From contig JAZDHZ010000003.1 in NCBI GenBank assembly GCA_043805415.1, positions 28,366 to 92,365 on the forward strand: DNA of 64,000 nucleotides, given 5' to 3'. This document shows positions 1 to 9,445 of the stretch, in pieces. A program made the position numbers and the translations under genes. Each line of letters opens with the position of its first letter. Within the stretch, counting starts at the first letter, position 1. Source of the stretch: Candidatus Omnitrophota bacterium (GTDB lineage Bacteria > Omnitrophota > Gorgyraeia > B26-G9). The notes beneath the pieces were generated by a model. That model was not told the origin of the DNA. It saw only the letters and a program-made list of their open reading frames with translations, and searched no databases.

Positions 1-1
1 G

Positions 2-337
2 ATTCCGGTAACTTTGCCGACATATGATGAAGTAATTGGCAGTAATAATATATCAGATATAAATTATAATCAGCATGTATTGTCTTTAATCAAGCCTAAG
101 CAATTAAACGTGCTGACTATTCATGCTGAAGTCGAGGGCATTGCTTATTTGGAAATGTTTGCTGAATTTATCAGGTTAGCAAAGCAGCAAAATATATTAA
201 TTATGCCTTTAGGGGATTTGCTTGATGGTAAATTGCCGATTGAACAAGGATATATAATAAAAAGCCGGATAAAGGGCAGGCAGGGTTGGCTTTGTCTGCA
301 GTCAAAACAGGAAACTAATGATCAACAAAATAATTAA
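2..337 (+). CDS. arnD: ArnD-like 4-deoxy-4-formamido-L-arabinose-phosphoundecaprenol deformylase, 3' part (5' end outside the window)
   Basis: IPVTLPTYDEVIG and TIHAEVEG motifs; directly upstream of arnT. Confidence 0.8.
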   Translation: MPVTLPTYDEVIGSNNISDINYNQHVLSLIKPKQLNVLTIHAEVEGIAYLEMFAEFIRLAKQQNILIMPLGDLLDGKLPIEQGYIIKSRIKGRQGWLCLQSKQETNDQQNN

Positions 338-1976
338 GCATCCTAAACTTACCATATTTTTTATTTTTATTTGTCTGTATATTCTGCCTTTGGGAATCAG
401 GCCGATAATAATGCCGGATGAAACCCGTTATGGGGAAATCCCGAGGGAGATGATCGCGAATAATAACTGGGTTGTTCCGAAGCTTAATGGTTTGGATTAT
501 TTTGAAAAACCGGTATTAGGCTATTGGCTGGTGGCTTTGTCCATGAAAGTGTTTGGGGAAAACGCGTTCGCGATTCGTTTGCCTTTTGCCTTATCTCTGG
601 GTATTTCCGCTATTTTTCTGTTAATGCTATTGTCAAGATTCAGCCAGGATAAGGAAACCGCCAATTGGGGGGGTATAATATTTATTACCTGCCTTGAGGT
701 GTTTGCCGTGGGAGTTTTCAGCGTGCTTGACGGTACATTTGCTTTGTTTCTTAACGGATTAATGATCAGCTTTTTCTTTGCCTATAAGGCGGTTGAAAAA
801 AGCCGTGAAGAAAAGTTATGGCTTGTACTTAGCGGAGTTTTCTGCGGATTGGCTTTTCTGACCAAGGGATTTTTAGCCTTTGTTTTACCGGTAATAATAA
901 TCATTCCTTTTTTATTTTGGGAAAAAAACCTAAAATCAAGTTTGAAAATGATCTGGCTGCCTTTGGTTTCAGCAATAGTTGTGATTATGCCCTGGGCGCT
1001 TCTGATTCAGCGGCAAGCGCCTGATTTCTGGCATTTTTTTATTTGGAATGAACATATCCGCCGGTTTTTATCTACTGACGCTCAGCACAAGGCGCCGCTT
1101 TGGTATTTTCTTTTAGTTTTTCCCGCAGGAGCGATACCCTGGATATTTCTGTTGCCCGCTGCTATTAAAGGAATTAAATCAAACAGTAAAGATATATCGC
1201 TTTTTCGATACGCGGTTTTATGGTTTGCAGTGCCTTTTTTATTCTTTTCACTTTGCAAAGGTAAACTGGCTACATATATTCTACCTTGTTTTATTCCGTT
1301 TACAATAATAATGGCTCAAGGTCTGCGTAGTTATTTTGCAATAGGAGAAAAAAAATCGTTTTCAAAAGGTACCTATGGCTTAATCGGACTATTGGCGGTA
1401 CTGTTGATTGCTCTGGTAGCAGTACAGCTAGGGTGGGTTAAGGGAAAACTTTACGCTTATAATCAGACAGCATTGTTAGCGGGATTTGGCCTTCTGAGTT
1501 TTATTGCTATGCTTATTTTTAGCTTAAAAGAGATTGAAAATCAAAAAAAGTTTTATAAATTCGCGCTGGCTCCGGTTATTTTTCTAGTCTGCGCGCATTT
1601 TCTAGTGCCGGATGAAACAATTTGCCGTAAAGCTCCAGGAGCTTTTCTTAAAAGCAATCTTGCGCTGATTAATGCCCAAACCAGTATTGTCTCAGACGAT
1701 TTTTCCATAAGGGCAGTGTGCTGGTTTCTTAAGCGTGATGATATTTATCAGCTTGAATCCGGCGGAGAGTTGATGTACGGACTGCAGCTGGAAAAAGGGA
1801 AAAAACGTTTGCTTGATTTGGCTGATTTTAAGCAAATGATCACACAGTCTTCAGGAAAAAAACAAATAGCTTTATTTGCCAGAAGCAGTACTTATGACAG
1901 CTGGAAGCCTAATTTGCCCAAACCTTTGCTAGAAAAAAGAAATCAGGGCAATGGTTTTGTCTTTGTCTTATATTGA
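318..1976 (+). CDS. arnT: Lipid A 4-amino-4-deoxy-L-arabinose transferase (ArnT/PMT family glycosyltransferase)
   Basis: PDETRYGEIPREM, YFEKPVLGYW, FLTKGF and HKAP motifs; multi-TM. Confidence 0.9.
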   Translation: MINKIIKHPKLTIFFIFICLYILPLGIRPIIMPDETRYGEIPREMIANNNWVVPKLNGLDYFEKPVLGYWLVALSMKVFGENAFAIRLPFALSLGISAIFLLMLLSRFSQDKETANWGGIIFITCLEVFAVGVFSVLDGTFALFLNGLMISFFFAYKAVEKSREEKLWLVLSGVFCGLAFLTKGFLAFVLPVIIIIPFLFWEKNLKSSLKMIWLPLVSAIVVIMPWALLIQRQAPDFWHFFIWNEHIRRFLSTDAQHKAPLWYFLLVFPAGAIPWIFLLPAAIKGIKSNSKDISLFRYAVLWFAVPFLFFSLCKGKLATYILPCFIPFTIIMAQGLRSYFAIGEKKSFSKGTYGLIGLLAVLLIALVAVQLGWVKGKLYAYNQTALLAGFGLLSFIAMLIFSLKEIENQKKFYKFALAPVIFLVCAHFLVPDETICRKAPGAFLKSNLALINAQTSIVSDDFSIRAVCWFLKRDDIYQLESGGELMYGLQLEKGKKRLLDLADFKQMITQSSGKKQIALFARSSTYDSWKPNLPKPLLEKRNQGNGFVFVLY

Positions 1977-2156
1977 TAATTTTTGGAATTATCCTATCTT
2001 TAATGTGCTTAATTTAGACAGAAAAGCCAGAAAAACTTAATAAAAATCAAGCAGCAGCTGTCTGAGTTTAAAAAGCAAATAAATGTGTGCAATCCAAAGG
2101 TTACTTTTTTTCTCCAAGTCAGCAGGATTATGAGGATTATCCAAAGATTAAATCTA

Positions 2157-2186
2157 TTGACATTTCTTTTCCTCCTAGTTCATAAT
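2157..2186 (+). promoter_or_regulatory. sigma70-type promoter for ktrBA
   Basis: TTGACA (2157) - 18 nt - CATAAT (2181). Confidence 0.6.
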
Positions 2187-2371
2187 ATACGTTTAAAAGC
2201 AGGCTTAAGCTTTCCGATAGGGTAATAGGGCTTATTGTTAGCTGTGGGGCAGTCTGGTGAGACTGAGTGCGCTCGCGAATGATGCTTTATAGGTTCAGAT
2301 CAGAAGGTAGAATTTTAGATAATTGCTTTTCTTTGAATTTAATCCGATTGTTTGATTTTGGCAAGACATTT

Positions 2372-3754
2372 ATGAGAAATCAAAAAAGCATCTTTAATCA
2401 TAACCCTGAGACATTGATTCTCTTTAACTTTTTTTTTGCGATTTTTTTTGGCGGATTATTATTGAAATTGCCGATAGCCAGCACTAAAGACGCGCTATCC
2501 TGGATAGACTCTTTTTTTATGTCGACTTCTGCTGTTTGCGTTACTGGATTGAGTGTGGCAGATATTGGTAAAGACCTGACAATGTTTGGTCAGATGGTTA
2601 TTCTCTTTCTTATCCAGCTCGGGGGATTAGGGATAATGACATTTTCCTTGCTGTTTATTATTCTACTCGGAAAAAAAATTGGACTGCATTCTAATCTTCA
2701 AATCCCGGATCTATCCCAGGACATAAGTTTTAAGAATATTAAATATTCTATACTCATGATCTTCGCAATGACTTTTTTTATCGAATCTGCTGGAGCTATT
2801 TTGTTGTTTTTTAACCTGAAGAATTACCATTCATTCCCTTTTGCTGTTTATAGCTCAATATTCCATTCTGTTTCGGCATTTTGCAACGCGGGTTTTAGTC
2901 TTTATTCAGATAGTTTTATTGGTTTTAATAATAATCCGTATATTATGGGGATATTGATGTTTTTGATTGTTCTGGGCGGCTTGGGATTTATCGTTATTTA
3001 TGAGGTTATCAGAATTATTTCGTTTAAAAGGAGTGTTAGTGAAAAGCTGTGTATCAGTCTGCATACAAAGATTGCTTTAGGGGGAAGTTTATTTTTTATT
3101 GTTTTCGGAGCAATCATTATTTTGTTGCTTGAGAGTCGGGGGATTATGCGCGGTATGCCCTTATCCCAGCAAATCCTTAATTCATTTTTTCTTTCAGTAA
3201 CTTCCCGTACCGCGGGTTTTAACGCGGTAGATACAGCATTATTGTCAAATCCTACTTTAATTCTGCTTTTGTTTTTTATGTTTGTCGGAGGCTGTCCTGG
3301 CTCAACCGCCGGAGGTATAAAAATACACACCTTTTTTTCTTTAATCGCTGTTTTCCGAAATAAGTTACGCGGACTTTCAATGGCAAGCCTTTTCAAAAGA
3401 AAGATACCTGATGCTGTTGTAAGCAGAGCTTTAACTATATGCATCACATCTTTCTTTATTATATTTATCGCGGTATTCTTACTGCAATTGTCGGAGAATG
3501 GAGCAATTTCTCATCTGGAAGTTAAGCAAAGGGAAGAATTTTTTGATACTCTTTTTGAGAGTGTATCAGCATTTGCTACCGTCGGATTATCGACAGGGAC
3601 AACGCTATGCTTATCGTCTTGGGGTAAAGGCATAATAATATTGTTAATGTTTGCAGGACGCGTAGGGCCGCTTACTTTAGGGATAGCTTTGCAAATGCGG
3701 CAGAAACGTAAACCTGTTTATGAGTTTCCGGTTGAAGAGATAATCTTAAGTTGA
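2372..3754 (+). CDS. ktrB: Trk/Ktr potassium uptake membrane subunit (KtrB/TrkH family)
   Basis: Four pore loops (SAVCVTGL, SAFCNAGF, TSRTAGF, SAFATVGL) and GSTAGGIK; ATG at 2372 preferred over GTG at 2267. Confidence 0.9.
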   Translation: MRNQKSIFNHNPETLILFNFFFAIFFGGLLLKLPIASTKDALSWIDSFFMSTSAVCVTGLSVADIGKDLTMFGQMVILFLIQLGGLGIMTFSLLFIILLGKKIGLHSNLQIPDLSQDISFKNIKYSILMIFAMTFFIESAGAILLFFNLKNYHSFPFAVYSSIFHSVSAFCNAGFSLYSDSFIGFNNNPYIMGILMFLIVLGGLGFIVIYEVIRIISFKRSVSEKLCISLHTKIALGGSLFFIVFGAIIILLLESRGIMRGMPLSQQILNSFFLSVTSRTAGFNAVDTALLSNPTLILLLFFMFVGGCPGSTAGGIKIHTFFSLIAVFRNKLRGLSMASLFKRKIPDAVVSRALTICITSFFIIFIAVFLLQLSENGAISHLEVKQREEFFDTLFESVSAFATVGLSTGTTLCLSSWGKGIIILLMFAGRVGPLTLGIALQMRQKRKPVYEFPVEEIILS

Positions 3755-3774
3755 TAATAAAGGAGATAGATAAT

Positions 3775-4422
3775 ATGCAGAACATCCTGATCATTGGGCT
3801 AGGGCATTTCGGTTATTCGCTGGTTAAAGAATTGATAAAACATCCAGCGGAAATTATTGTTATCGAGAAAAACCAGGAAAGAGCGGGGCTGGTTAAAGAT
3901 ATGGTCGGACAAGTCATCGTAGCCAATGCAACAAATAAGGAGCTGTTGTTGAAGTTTAGCAAAGATGTGGATTGCGCGATTGTGTGTATAAGTGAAAAGA
4001 TAGACAGCAGCGTATTAATAACCTACTATCTGAAAGGAATGGGCATTAAAAAGATTATCGCCAAGGCATCAACCCTTGATCATGGGGAAATCTTAAAATC
4101 CATCGGGGCGAATGAAATCATCTATCCTGAAGAAGAAGCGGCAAAAAGAATAGCCAGAAACCTTATTGCCCCGGATATCCTGGATGTGATTAAATTCTCA
4201 GAAGAATTTGATATTATTGAATTTCCTGTGCCTGAGAATTTTTTAAGGAAAACCATAAAAGATCTTAAGCTGCGAAACAAATATAACATCGAGATCTTGG
4301 CTGTCAGGAATCCTTTGACCGGTAAAACCAAAATTATGCCGACTGCTGATTATGAGTTTGCTCCGGATGATGTTATAATTTTTGTCGGAGAAACTGAATC
4401 AATGAAAAAACTTAATCAGTAA
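3775..4422 (+). CDS. ktrA: Trk/Ktr potassium uptake regulatory subunit (RCK_N + RCK_C)
   Basis: IIGLGHFG Rossmann motif, IGANEIIYPE; AAGGAG SD before ATG 3775. Confidence 0.9.
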   Translation: MQNILIIGLGHFGYSLVKELIKHPAEIIVIEKNQERAGLVKDMVGQVIVANATNKELLLKFSKDVDCAIVCISEKIDSSVLITYYLKGMGIKKIIAKASTLDHGEILKSIGANEIIYPEEEAAKRIARNLIAPDILDVIKFSEEFDIIEFPVPENFLRKTIKDLKLRNKYNIEILAVRNPLTGKTKIMPTADYEFAPDDVIIFVGETESMKKLNQ

Positions 4423-4548
4423 CAAACGGAATAAGTCTTGAAAGTAATAAAGCCGTGAAAATTTCAAAGCTTTTAGCTATGCAAGGTCTAGAGTTAAACA
4501 AAACTGTTTTTTAATAATTAGAAGTATAAGAAAGTTGAGGGTAGGGAG

Positions 4549-5526
4549 ATGGGTACGAGAAAATTGGGATTTTTGGTTTTTAATATTATGCTTTGTTTTT
4601 TAATTAATCATCTAATCGCGGAAATGTCATGGACAGGGGAAGAGAAAAAAGAAGAAAAAGTAAAAAAGGAAGTTATTGAGCTGCAGGATAAATTTCAATG
4701 GTGGCCTACTGACGCGAAGCCGGGTATATTTAAAGACCCTGAGCGCAGCGGATATTGGTGGTGGCCTAAAGAACCGGGAGAAATGCGGCCTTGGGGAAAT
4801 CAGGGATATGTATTTGTTAATAAAATCATTTATGATTATAAACAAGAGGAAGATGAGCCGATAGCTGAACCCGCGCAGGAATTAAAACCATCTTTACTTA
4901 TTAAAAAAATAATAAAAAACGTAAAGATTTATTTTGATTATAACAAGGCTCAATTAAGGAATGATCACTATCCTGTTTTAGATAAAGCTGTGGATAGCTT
5001 AAAACGTAATCCTGAGGCAAGTATTTTAGTGACCGGTAATTGTGATAAAAGAGGATCCGAGGAATATAATCTGAAGCTTGGCAAAAAAAGAGGACAAGTT
5101 ATTAAGGAGTATATGCTTGAAAAAGGTATCCCGGATGAGCGAATCCTTATTGTAAGCAGGGGGAAACTGGACGCGGTTGCTCCGGTAAGTGATTTGGCGG
5201 GTATGCAAAAAGATAGAAACGCCCAATTCATGGTCGCGGAAGTTGAAGAGATTATGATCCCGGCAAGGGAGACGGAAAACATAAAAGACGCTAAGGAAAT
5301 CGAAGAAGGGAAATATATCATAGAAAAAGAAGAACAAGTGGAGACTTCTTTAAAAGTATCAACCCGCGATTATATTATTCAAAAGGGTGATAGTTTGTCA
5401 AAAATTGCGAAACAAGAGCTTGGCAGCGGACATCGATGGAAATTTCTTTATGAATTAAATAAAGATGTGATTAGGGATCCCAATAAGTTGAAAGTTGGTC
5501 AGAAAATTATTATTCCTATTGAATAA
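4549..5526 (+). CDS. Exported OmpA-like peptidoglycan-binding protein with C-terminal LysM domain
   Basis: Hydrophobic N-terminus; IYFDYNKA..GNCDKRGSEEYNLKLG (OmpA-C); YIIQKGDSLSKIA..NKLKVGQKIIIP (LysM). Confidence 0.85.
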   Translation: MGTRKLGFLVFNIMLCFLINHLIAEMSWTGEEKKEEKVKKEVIELQDKFQWWPTDAKPGIFKDPERSGYWWWPKEPGEMRPWGNQGYVFVNKIIYDYKQEEDEPIAEPAQELKPSLLIKKIIKNVKIYFDYNKAQLRNDHYPVLDKAVDSLKRNPEASILVTGNCDKRGSEEYNLKLGKKRGQVIKEYMLEKGIPDERILIVSRGKLDAVAPVSDLAGMQKDRNAQFMVAEVEEIMIPARETENIKDAKEIEEGKYIIEKEEQVETSLKVSTRDYIIQKGDSLSKIAKQELGSGHRWKFLYELNKDVIRDPNKLKVGQKIIIPIE

Positions 5527-5586
5527 AATGGGAACTCAAGGTGTGGAGATACTAATAGATTTTATCTAACAATAGCAGGAGGCGTA

Positions 5587-6066
5587 ATGGCTAGGACATT
5601 AATTTTAATTGTGTACTGTTTTATTTTAGCTGGGTGTGCAACAGGGCAAAGAAGCGCAAATCCAGATATACAGAATATGCAGAGCCGCATAGCTTTTCTG
5701 GAAGATGAAGTTAATGCGAAAGATCAGGAAATCGGAAGCATGCGAAATGAATTAAGACAAGTTAAGCAAAAATATGTGATGAAATCTGATAATTCTGAAA
5801 TATCAGGCAAGAGGGTGAGTAATAAAGCGGTATCTAAAACCAAGGCAAACAATGCTCAGCTGGAAGAAATTATCCGAGTTGACGGAGTGACGGCAGACAA
5901 AGTCCAACTGGCGTTAAAAAAAGCAGGTGTTTATGAGGGGAAGGTTGATGGGAAAATCGGGCCTAAAACAAAAGAAGCGATTAAAGCATTCCAACGCAAG
6001 AATAATCTAAAAGTTGATGGCGTTGTCGGACGAGGTACTTGGGCAAAATTAAAGAAAAATCTTTAA
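5587..6066 (+). CDS. Lipoprotein with coiled coil and peptidoglycan-binding (PG_binding_1) domain
   Basis: LAGC lipobox; VQLALKKAG..VDGKIGPKTKEAIKAFQ..LKVDGVVG. Confidence 0.85.
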   Translation: MARTLILIVYCFILAGCATGQRSANPDIQNMQSRIAFLEDEVNAKDQEIGSMRNELRQVKQKYVMKSDNSEISGKRVSNKAVSKTKANNAQLEEIIRVDGVTADKVQLALKKAGVYEGKVDGKIGPKTKEAIKAFQRKNNLKVDGVVGRGTWAKLKKNL

Positions 6067-6120
6067 AAAGAAAAAGCAATAGCGATTTTCATGATTAGGA
6101 TTGTCAGATAATTTATTCAA

Positions 6121-6168
6121 AAATAACCCTATGCGATTATTTTAACAATCGGATAGGGTTATTTCTTT
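6121..6168 (+). terminator. Probable intrinsic terminator
   Basis: AAATAACCCTAT...ATAGGGTTATTT stem followed by T-rich tail. Confidence 0.65.
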
Positions 6169-6213
6169 AAATAAGGGAAGGGTAAACATAGTTTAAAAAT
6201 GGTTTGGAATAAC

Positions 6214-6242
6214 TTGCCTAAAACTCCCTCACGATATACAAT
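6214..6242 (+). promoter_or_regulatory. sigma70 promoter immediately upstream of miaB (near-leaderless mRNA)
   Basis: TTGCCT-17-TACAAT, 9 nt before ATG; no SD. Confidence 0.6.
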
Positions 6243-6251
6243 AGATAAACT

Positions 6252-7415
6252 ATGAAAAACACCTTCTATATTAAAACTTTCGGCTGTCAGATGAACACAC
6301 GCGATTCCGAACTGGTTGCCGGTTTATTGCTTAAAAAAGGCTATAAGCTTATTGAGCAGGAAGATGCTGCTGATATTGTTCTTGTGAATACCTGTAGTGT
6401 CAGAAAACACGCGGAAAACAGAGTCTGGTCGGAAATCGGAAAACTGAAAAAACGCAAAAAGCGCACAGGTAAGCCGCTTATCGGGCTTATCGGCTGCATG
6501 GCGCAAGCCTGGGGGCAGGAAGTATTTGCTAAAGCGCCTTTGGTGGACTTAGTTGTTGGGCCGAACAATATAAGCGCGATTCCCGGATTGCTGGCGGATT
6601 TGAAATCAGGTTTTGGCCAAGCGATTGCTGTGGGCAAAGATCAAAGAGATGCTTTTGTGTATAATACTGAATATATCAGCGGAAAATCGCATTGTAATGT
6701 TAATATCATGGAAGGGTGTAATAATTTTTGTTCATACTGTATTGTTCCCTATGTAAGAGGCAGGGAGAGAAGCCGGGACGCGGAAGATATTATGAATGAG
6801 ATCAAATCATTGGTAAGCAAAGGGATAAAAGAGATTACGCTGCTCGGGCAGAACGTCAACTCTTACAAGTCACAAGACACAAGTCACAAGACACAAGGAA
6901 AAGATAAAAGCGTTTCTTTTATTGACTTGCTGGACCAGGTAAATGCCGTTGAGGGATTGGAGAAGTTTGATTTTGTGACGTCGCATCCCAAGGATGCTTC
7001 GATAGAGTTGTTTCAGTCTATGGCGGCATTGGAAAAGTGTCGGAAATTTTTACATTTGCCGATACAGTCAGGCTCTGATAGAATATTAAAGAAAATGAAT
7101 CGGGGTTATACAGTAGCGCATTATGGACAGCTGGCTAAGGCGGCAAAAGAACTTATTCCTGAATTAAGGCTAGGTACAGATATTATGGTTGGGTTTCCCA
7201 CGGAAAGCGAAAAGGATTTTGAGGATACCTACAAGCTTATGCAGGAAATTCAATTTGACGCTGCTTATATTTTTAAGTATTCGCCTAGGCCGCACACAAA
7301 AGCGGCGGAACTTAAAGATGATATAAGCGAAGAGGTTAAGAAATCTAGGCATAAGATTTTGCTTGATTATCAAAGACAATTACACAAGAAAAAAGATCAA
7401 CGGAATAATTTATGA
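6252..7415 (+). CDS. miaB: tRNA methylthiotransferase MiaB (lacks the C-terminal TRAM domain)
   Basis: TFGCQMN, NTCSVR, GCMAQ, CNNFCSYC radical SAM motif, YVRGRERSR; miaA two genes downstream. Confidence 0.88.
   Translation: MKNTFYIKTFGCQMNTRDSELVAGLLLKKGYKLIEQEDAADIVLVNTCSVRKHAENRVWSEIGKLKKRKKRTGKPLIGLIGCMAQAWGQEVFAKAPLVDLVVGPNNISAIPGLLADLKSGFGQAIAVGKDQRDAFVYNTEYISGKSHCNVNIMEGCNNFCSYCIVPYVRGRERSRDAEDIMNEIKSLVSKGIKEITLLGQNVNSYKSQDTSHKTQGKDKSVSFIDLLDQVNAVEGLEKFDFVTSHPKDASIELFQSMAALEKCRKFLHLPIQSGSDRILKKMNRGYTVAHYGQLAKAAKELIPELRLGTDIMVGFPTESEKDFEDTYKLMQEIQFDAAYIFKYSPRPHTKAAELKDDISEEVKKSRHKILLDYQRQLHKKKDQRNNL
6865..6899 (+). repeat. Heptamer tandem repeat (ACAAGTC/ACAAGAC) inside miaB
   Basis: ACAAGTC ACAAGAC ACAAGTC ACAAGAC ACAAGGA. 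Confidence 0.85.
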
Positions 7416-8170
7416 AAAAAACACTGAGCTTAATTGTTGTGCTTATTTGTCTGGGGATTTGTTCCAGAGCATATTCCTATGGGGCGGCACTGGATGAAGC
7501 CGTAAAATTAATGCTTAAAAATGATTATTACGCGGCTTTAGATGAATGCCATCGGTTGGAGCGGATTCTTTCCGGTTATGACAAATCAGAGCTTTTATAT
7601 ATTGAAGGAGAGTGCTTTTCCCTGCTTGAAGATTATGACCAGGCGCGTGAGGTTTTTAAACAGGGGCTTAAAAATTCTAAAGGAGAGCTTTCAACCAAAA
7701 TATATCTAGGCATAGCGGATAGCTATTTTATGCAGCATGGATATGATAAAGCGATAAGTATTTATAAACAGCTGCTTGAGAAAAACAACCCTGATTACGA
7801 AGCGGGATTATTGTTTAAATTAGGAAAAGCTTATCAAAAAAATAGTAAATGGACCCAATCAAAGTATTATTTTGATATGCTCAAGCAAAAATACCCGCAG
7901 AGTTTTGAGCTGGCAATTGTTGAAAAATCTTCAGTTGGCGGAAATTTCTTTACCATCCAAGTCGGCTGTTTTTCAAATAAAGAAAACGCGGAAAAGCTGC
8001 GAGATAATTTATTGGCAAAAGATTATGATGTTTATGTTACCCCTTTTCAGTCTAATGGCAGTGAATTGTACAGAGTAAGAGTCGGTGAATTTGTTTCTCT
8101 TCTTGCTGCGGAGCATCAAGAACTTGAGTTAAAAAATGTTGAACATTTACCAACCCATATATTCCCTTAA
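7412..8170 (+). CDS. Exported TPR + SPOR domain protein
   Basis: Signal peptide; TPR helices; FTIQVGCFSNKENAEKL..YRVRVG SPOR motif. Confidence 0.85.
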   Translation: MKKTLSLIVVLICLGICSRAYSYGAALDEAVKLMLKNDYYAALDECHRLERILSGYDKSELLYIEGECFSLLEDYDQAREVFKQGLKNSKGELSTKIYLGIADSYFMQHGYDKAISIYKQLLEKNNPDYEAGLLFKLGKAYQKNSKWTQSKYYFDMLKQKYPQSFELAIVEKSSVGGNFFTIQVGCFSNKENAEKLRDNLLAKDYDVYVTPFQSNGSELYRVRVGEFVSLLAAEHQELELKNVEHLPTHIFP

Positions 8171-8171
8171 A

Positions 8172-8228
8172 ACAGCGTTTAGCCCTTTGACTTCGCTCAG
8201 GATAAACGTTTAGAGATTAGCGTTCAGG
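8172..8228. repeat. Heptamer block (AGCGTTT/AGAGATT) interrupted by a REP-like CCCTTTGACTTCGCTCAGG unit
   Basis: Similar to the blocks at 30261, 44312 and 57048. Confidence 0.6.
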
Positions 8229-8252
8229 AAAAAATAAAGAAATGAGTTTAAA

Positions 8253-9185
8253 ATGGAAAACAATAAAAAGCCTTTTGTCCTATTTTTAGTTGGGCCCACA
8301 GCTTGTGGGAAAACAGCAACTGCTATTGAGATTGCAAAAAAAATCAATGCGGAAATTATCTCGGCAGATTCAATGCAGGTTTATAAAGGCATGGATATTT
8401 TAAGCGCAAAACCAACCCTTACTGAGCAAAAAGAAATACCGCATCATTTGATTGATATATTAGAGCCAAGTGAGGAATACAGTGTAGCGATTTTTCGCCA
8501 AAAAGCACTCAATTGTATAGAACAGATAATAAGCCGCGAAAAAATACCTTTAATTGTCGGCGGTACAGGCATGTATGTAAAAGTTTTGACCAAAGGACTT
8601 TTTTCAGATAATGGTAAGGATGAGCAGGTGCGCAAAGAGTTGACCCAAGAAGCCAAACACAAGGGCAATGAATATCTTTATGAGCGGTTAAAACAAGTTG
8701 ATCCGAAAGCCGCGGATAAAATTCATCAGAATGATATGCGTCGGGTTATTCGGGCGCTTGAAGTTTATGAGTTGAGTAACCGGACAATCACGGAGCTAAA
8801 AACAGAGATCCAAGGACTGGGTGAAAAATATAATTTTAAAATATTTGGCATTGACAGAGATCGCCGAGAGCTTTATCAGCGGATTGATCAAAGAGTTGAG
8901 CAAATGTTTGAAGCCGGGTTTTTAGATGAAGTTAAAACATTGCTAAGCAATGAATTAAGTCATACGGCCAGACAGGCATTGGGCATAAAACAAATCAGAG
9001 AATATCTAGATGATAAATGTACTTTGGATTTTGCCCGGGAAATAATCAAGCGTGATAGCCGGCGTTTTGCCAAGCGTCAGCTTACTTGGTTTAGACAGGA
9101 AAAAGACATAATCTGGATCCAGGCGAATAATGAAACAACCCCTCAAGAAACAGCAGAAAAAATCATTCCTTTATTAACCATTTAA
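8253..9185 (+). CDS. miaA: tRNA dimethylallyltransferase
   Basis: GPTACGKT, SADSMQVYKGMDI, VGGTGMY, AKRQLTWFR. Confidence 0.97.
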   Translation: MENNKKPFVLFLVGPTACGKTATAIEIAKKINAEIISADSMQVYKGMDILSAKPTLTEQKEIPHHLIDILEPSEEYSVAIFRQKALNCIEQIISREKIPLIVGGTGMYVKVLTKGLFSDNGKDEQVRKELTQEAKHKGNEYLYERLKQVDPKAADKIHQNDMRRVIRALEVYELSNRTITELKTEIQGLGEKYNFKIFGIDRDRRELYQRIDQRVEQMFEAGFLDEVKTLLSNELSHTARQALGIKQIREYLDDKCTLDFAREIIKRDSRRFAKRQLTWFRQEKDIIWIQANNETTPQETAEKIIPLLTI

Positions 9186-9279
9186 TTAATAATTTATAAA
9201 CAAGGCTTATCAATAGGGATAAATCTTGTATATCGTTATTTTTCAATGTGTTATAATTTCAAAAAACTGCCTCGTATTT

Positions 9280-9308
9280 TTGCAAAAAGCCATTTTCTAT
9301 GGTATACT
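9280..9308 (+). promoter_or_regulatory. sigma70 promoter for the 9446 gene
   Basis: TTGCAA-17-TATACT; a second extended -10 (TGtTATAAT) at 9249-9257. Confidence 0.55.
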
Positions 9309-9445
9309 TTTACGTTTTTGTAATTCCCTAAACAGCTGCAAGCTTTTTAAGCGTAACATTATTAAAAATCAATAGGTTGTAGGATTACTAAAGTGCGGGA
9401 TTAAGCATGTTTGTAATTCAGTTTAAGCCGATAAGGAATCTTTAA

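Noticed and set aside
2190-2371. c-di-AMP (ydaO) riboswitch call
   Set aside because: The conserved GGGGA...GGGUGAAU...CAGCUAACC-type motifs were not found; kept only as an unknown candidate
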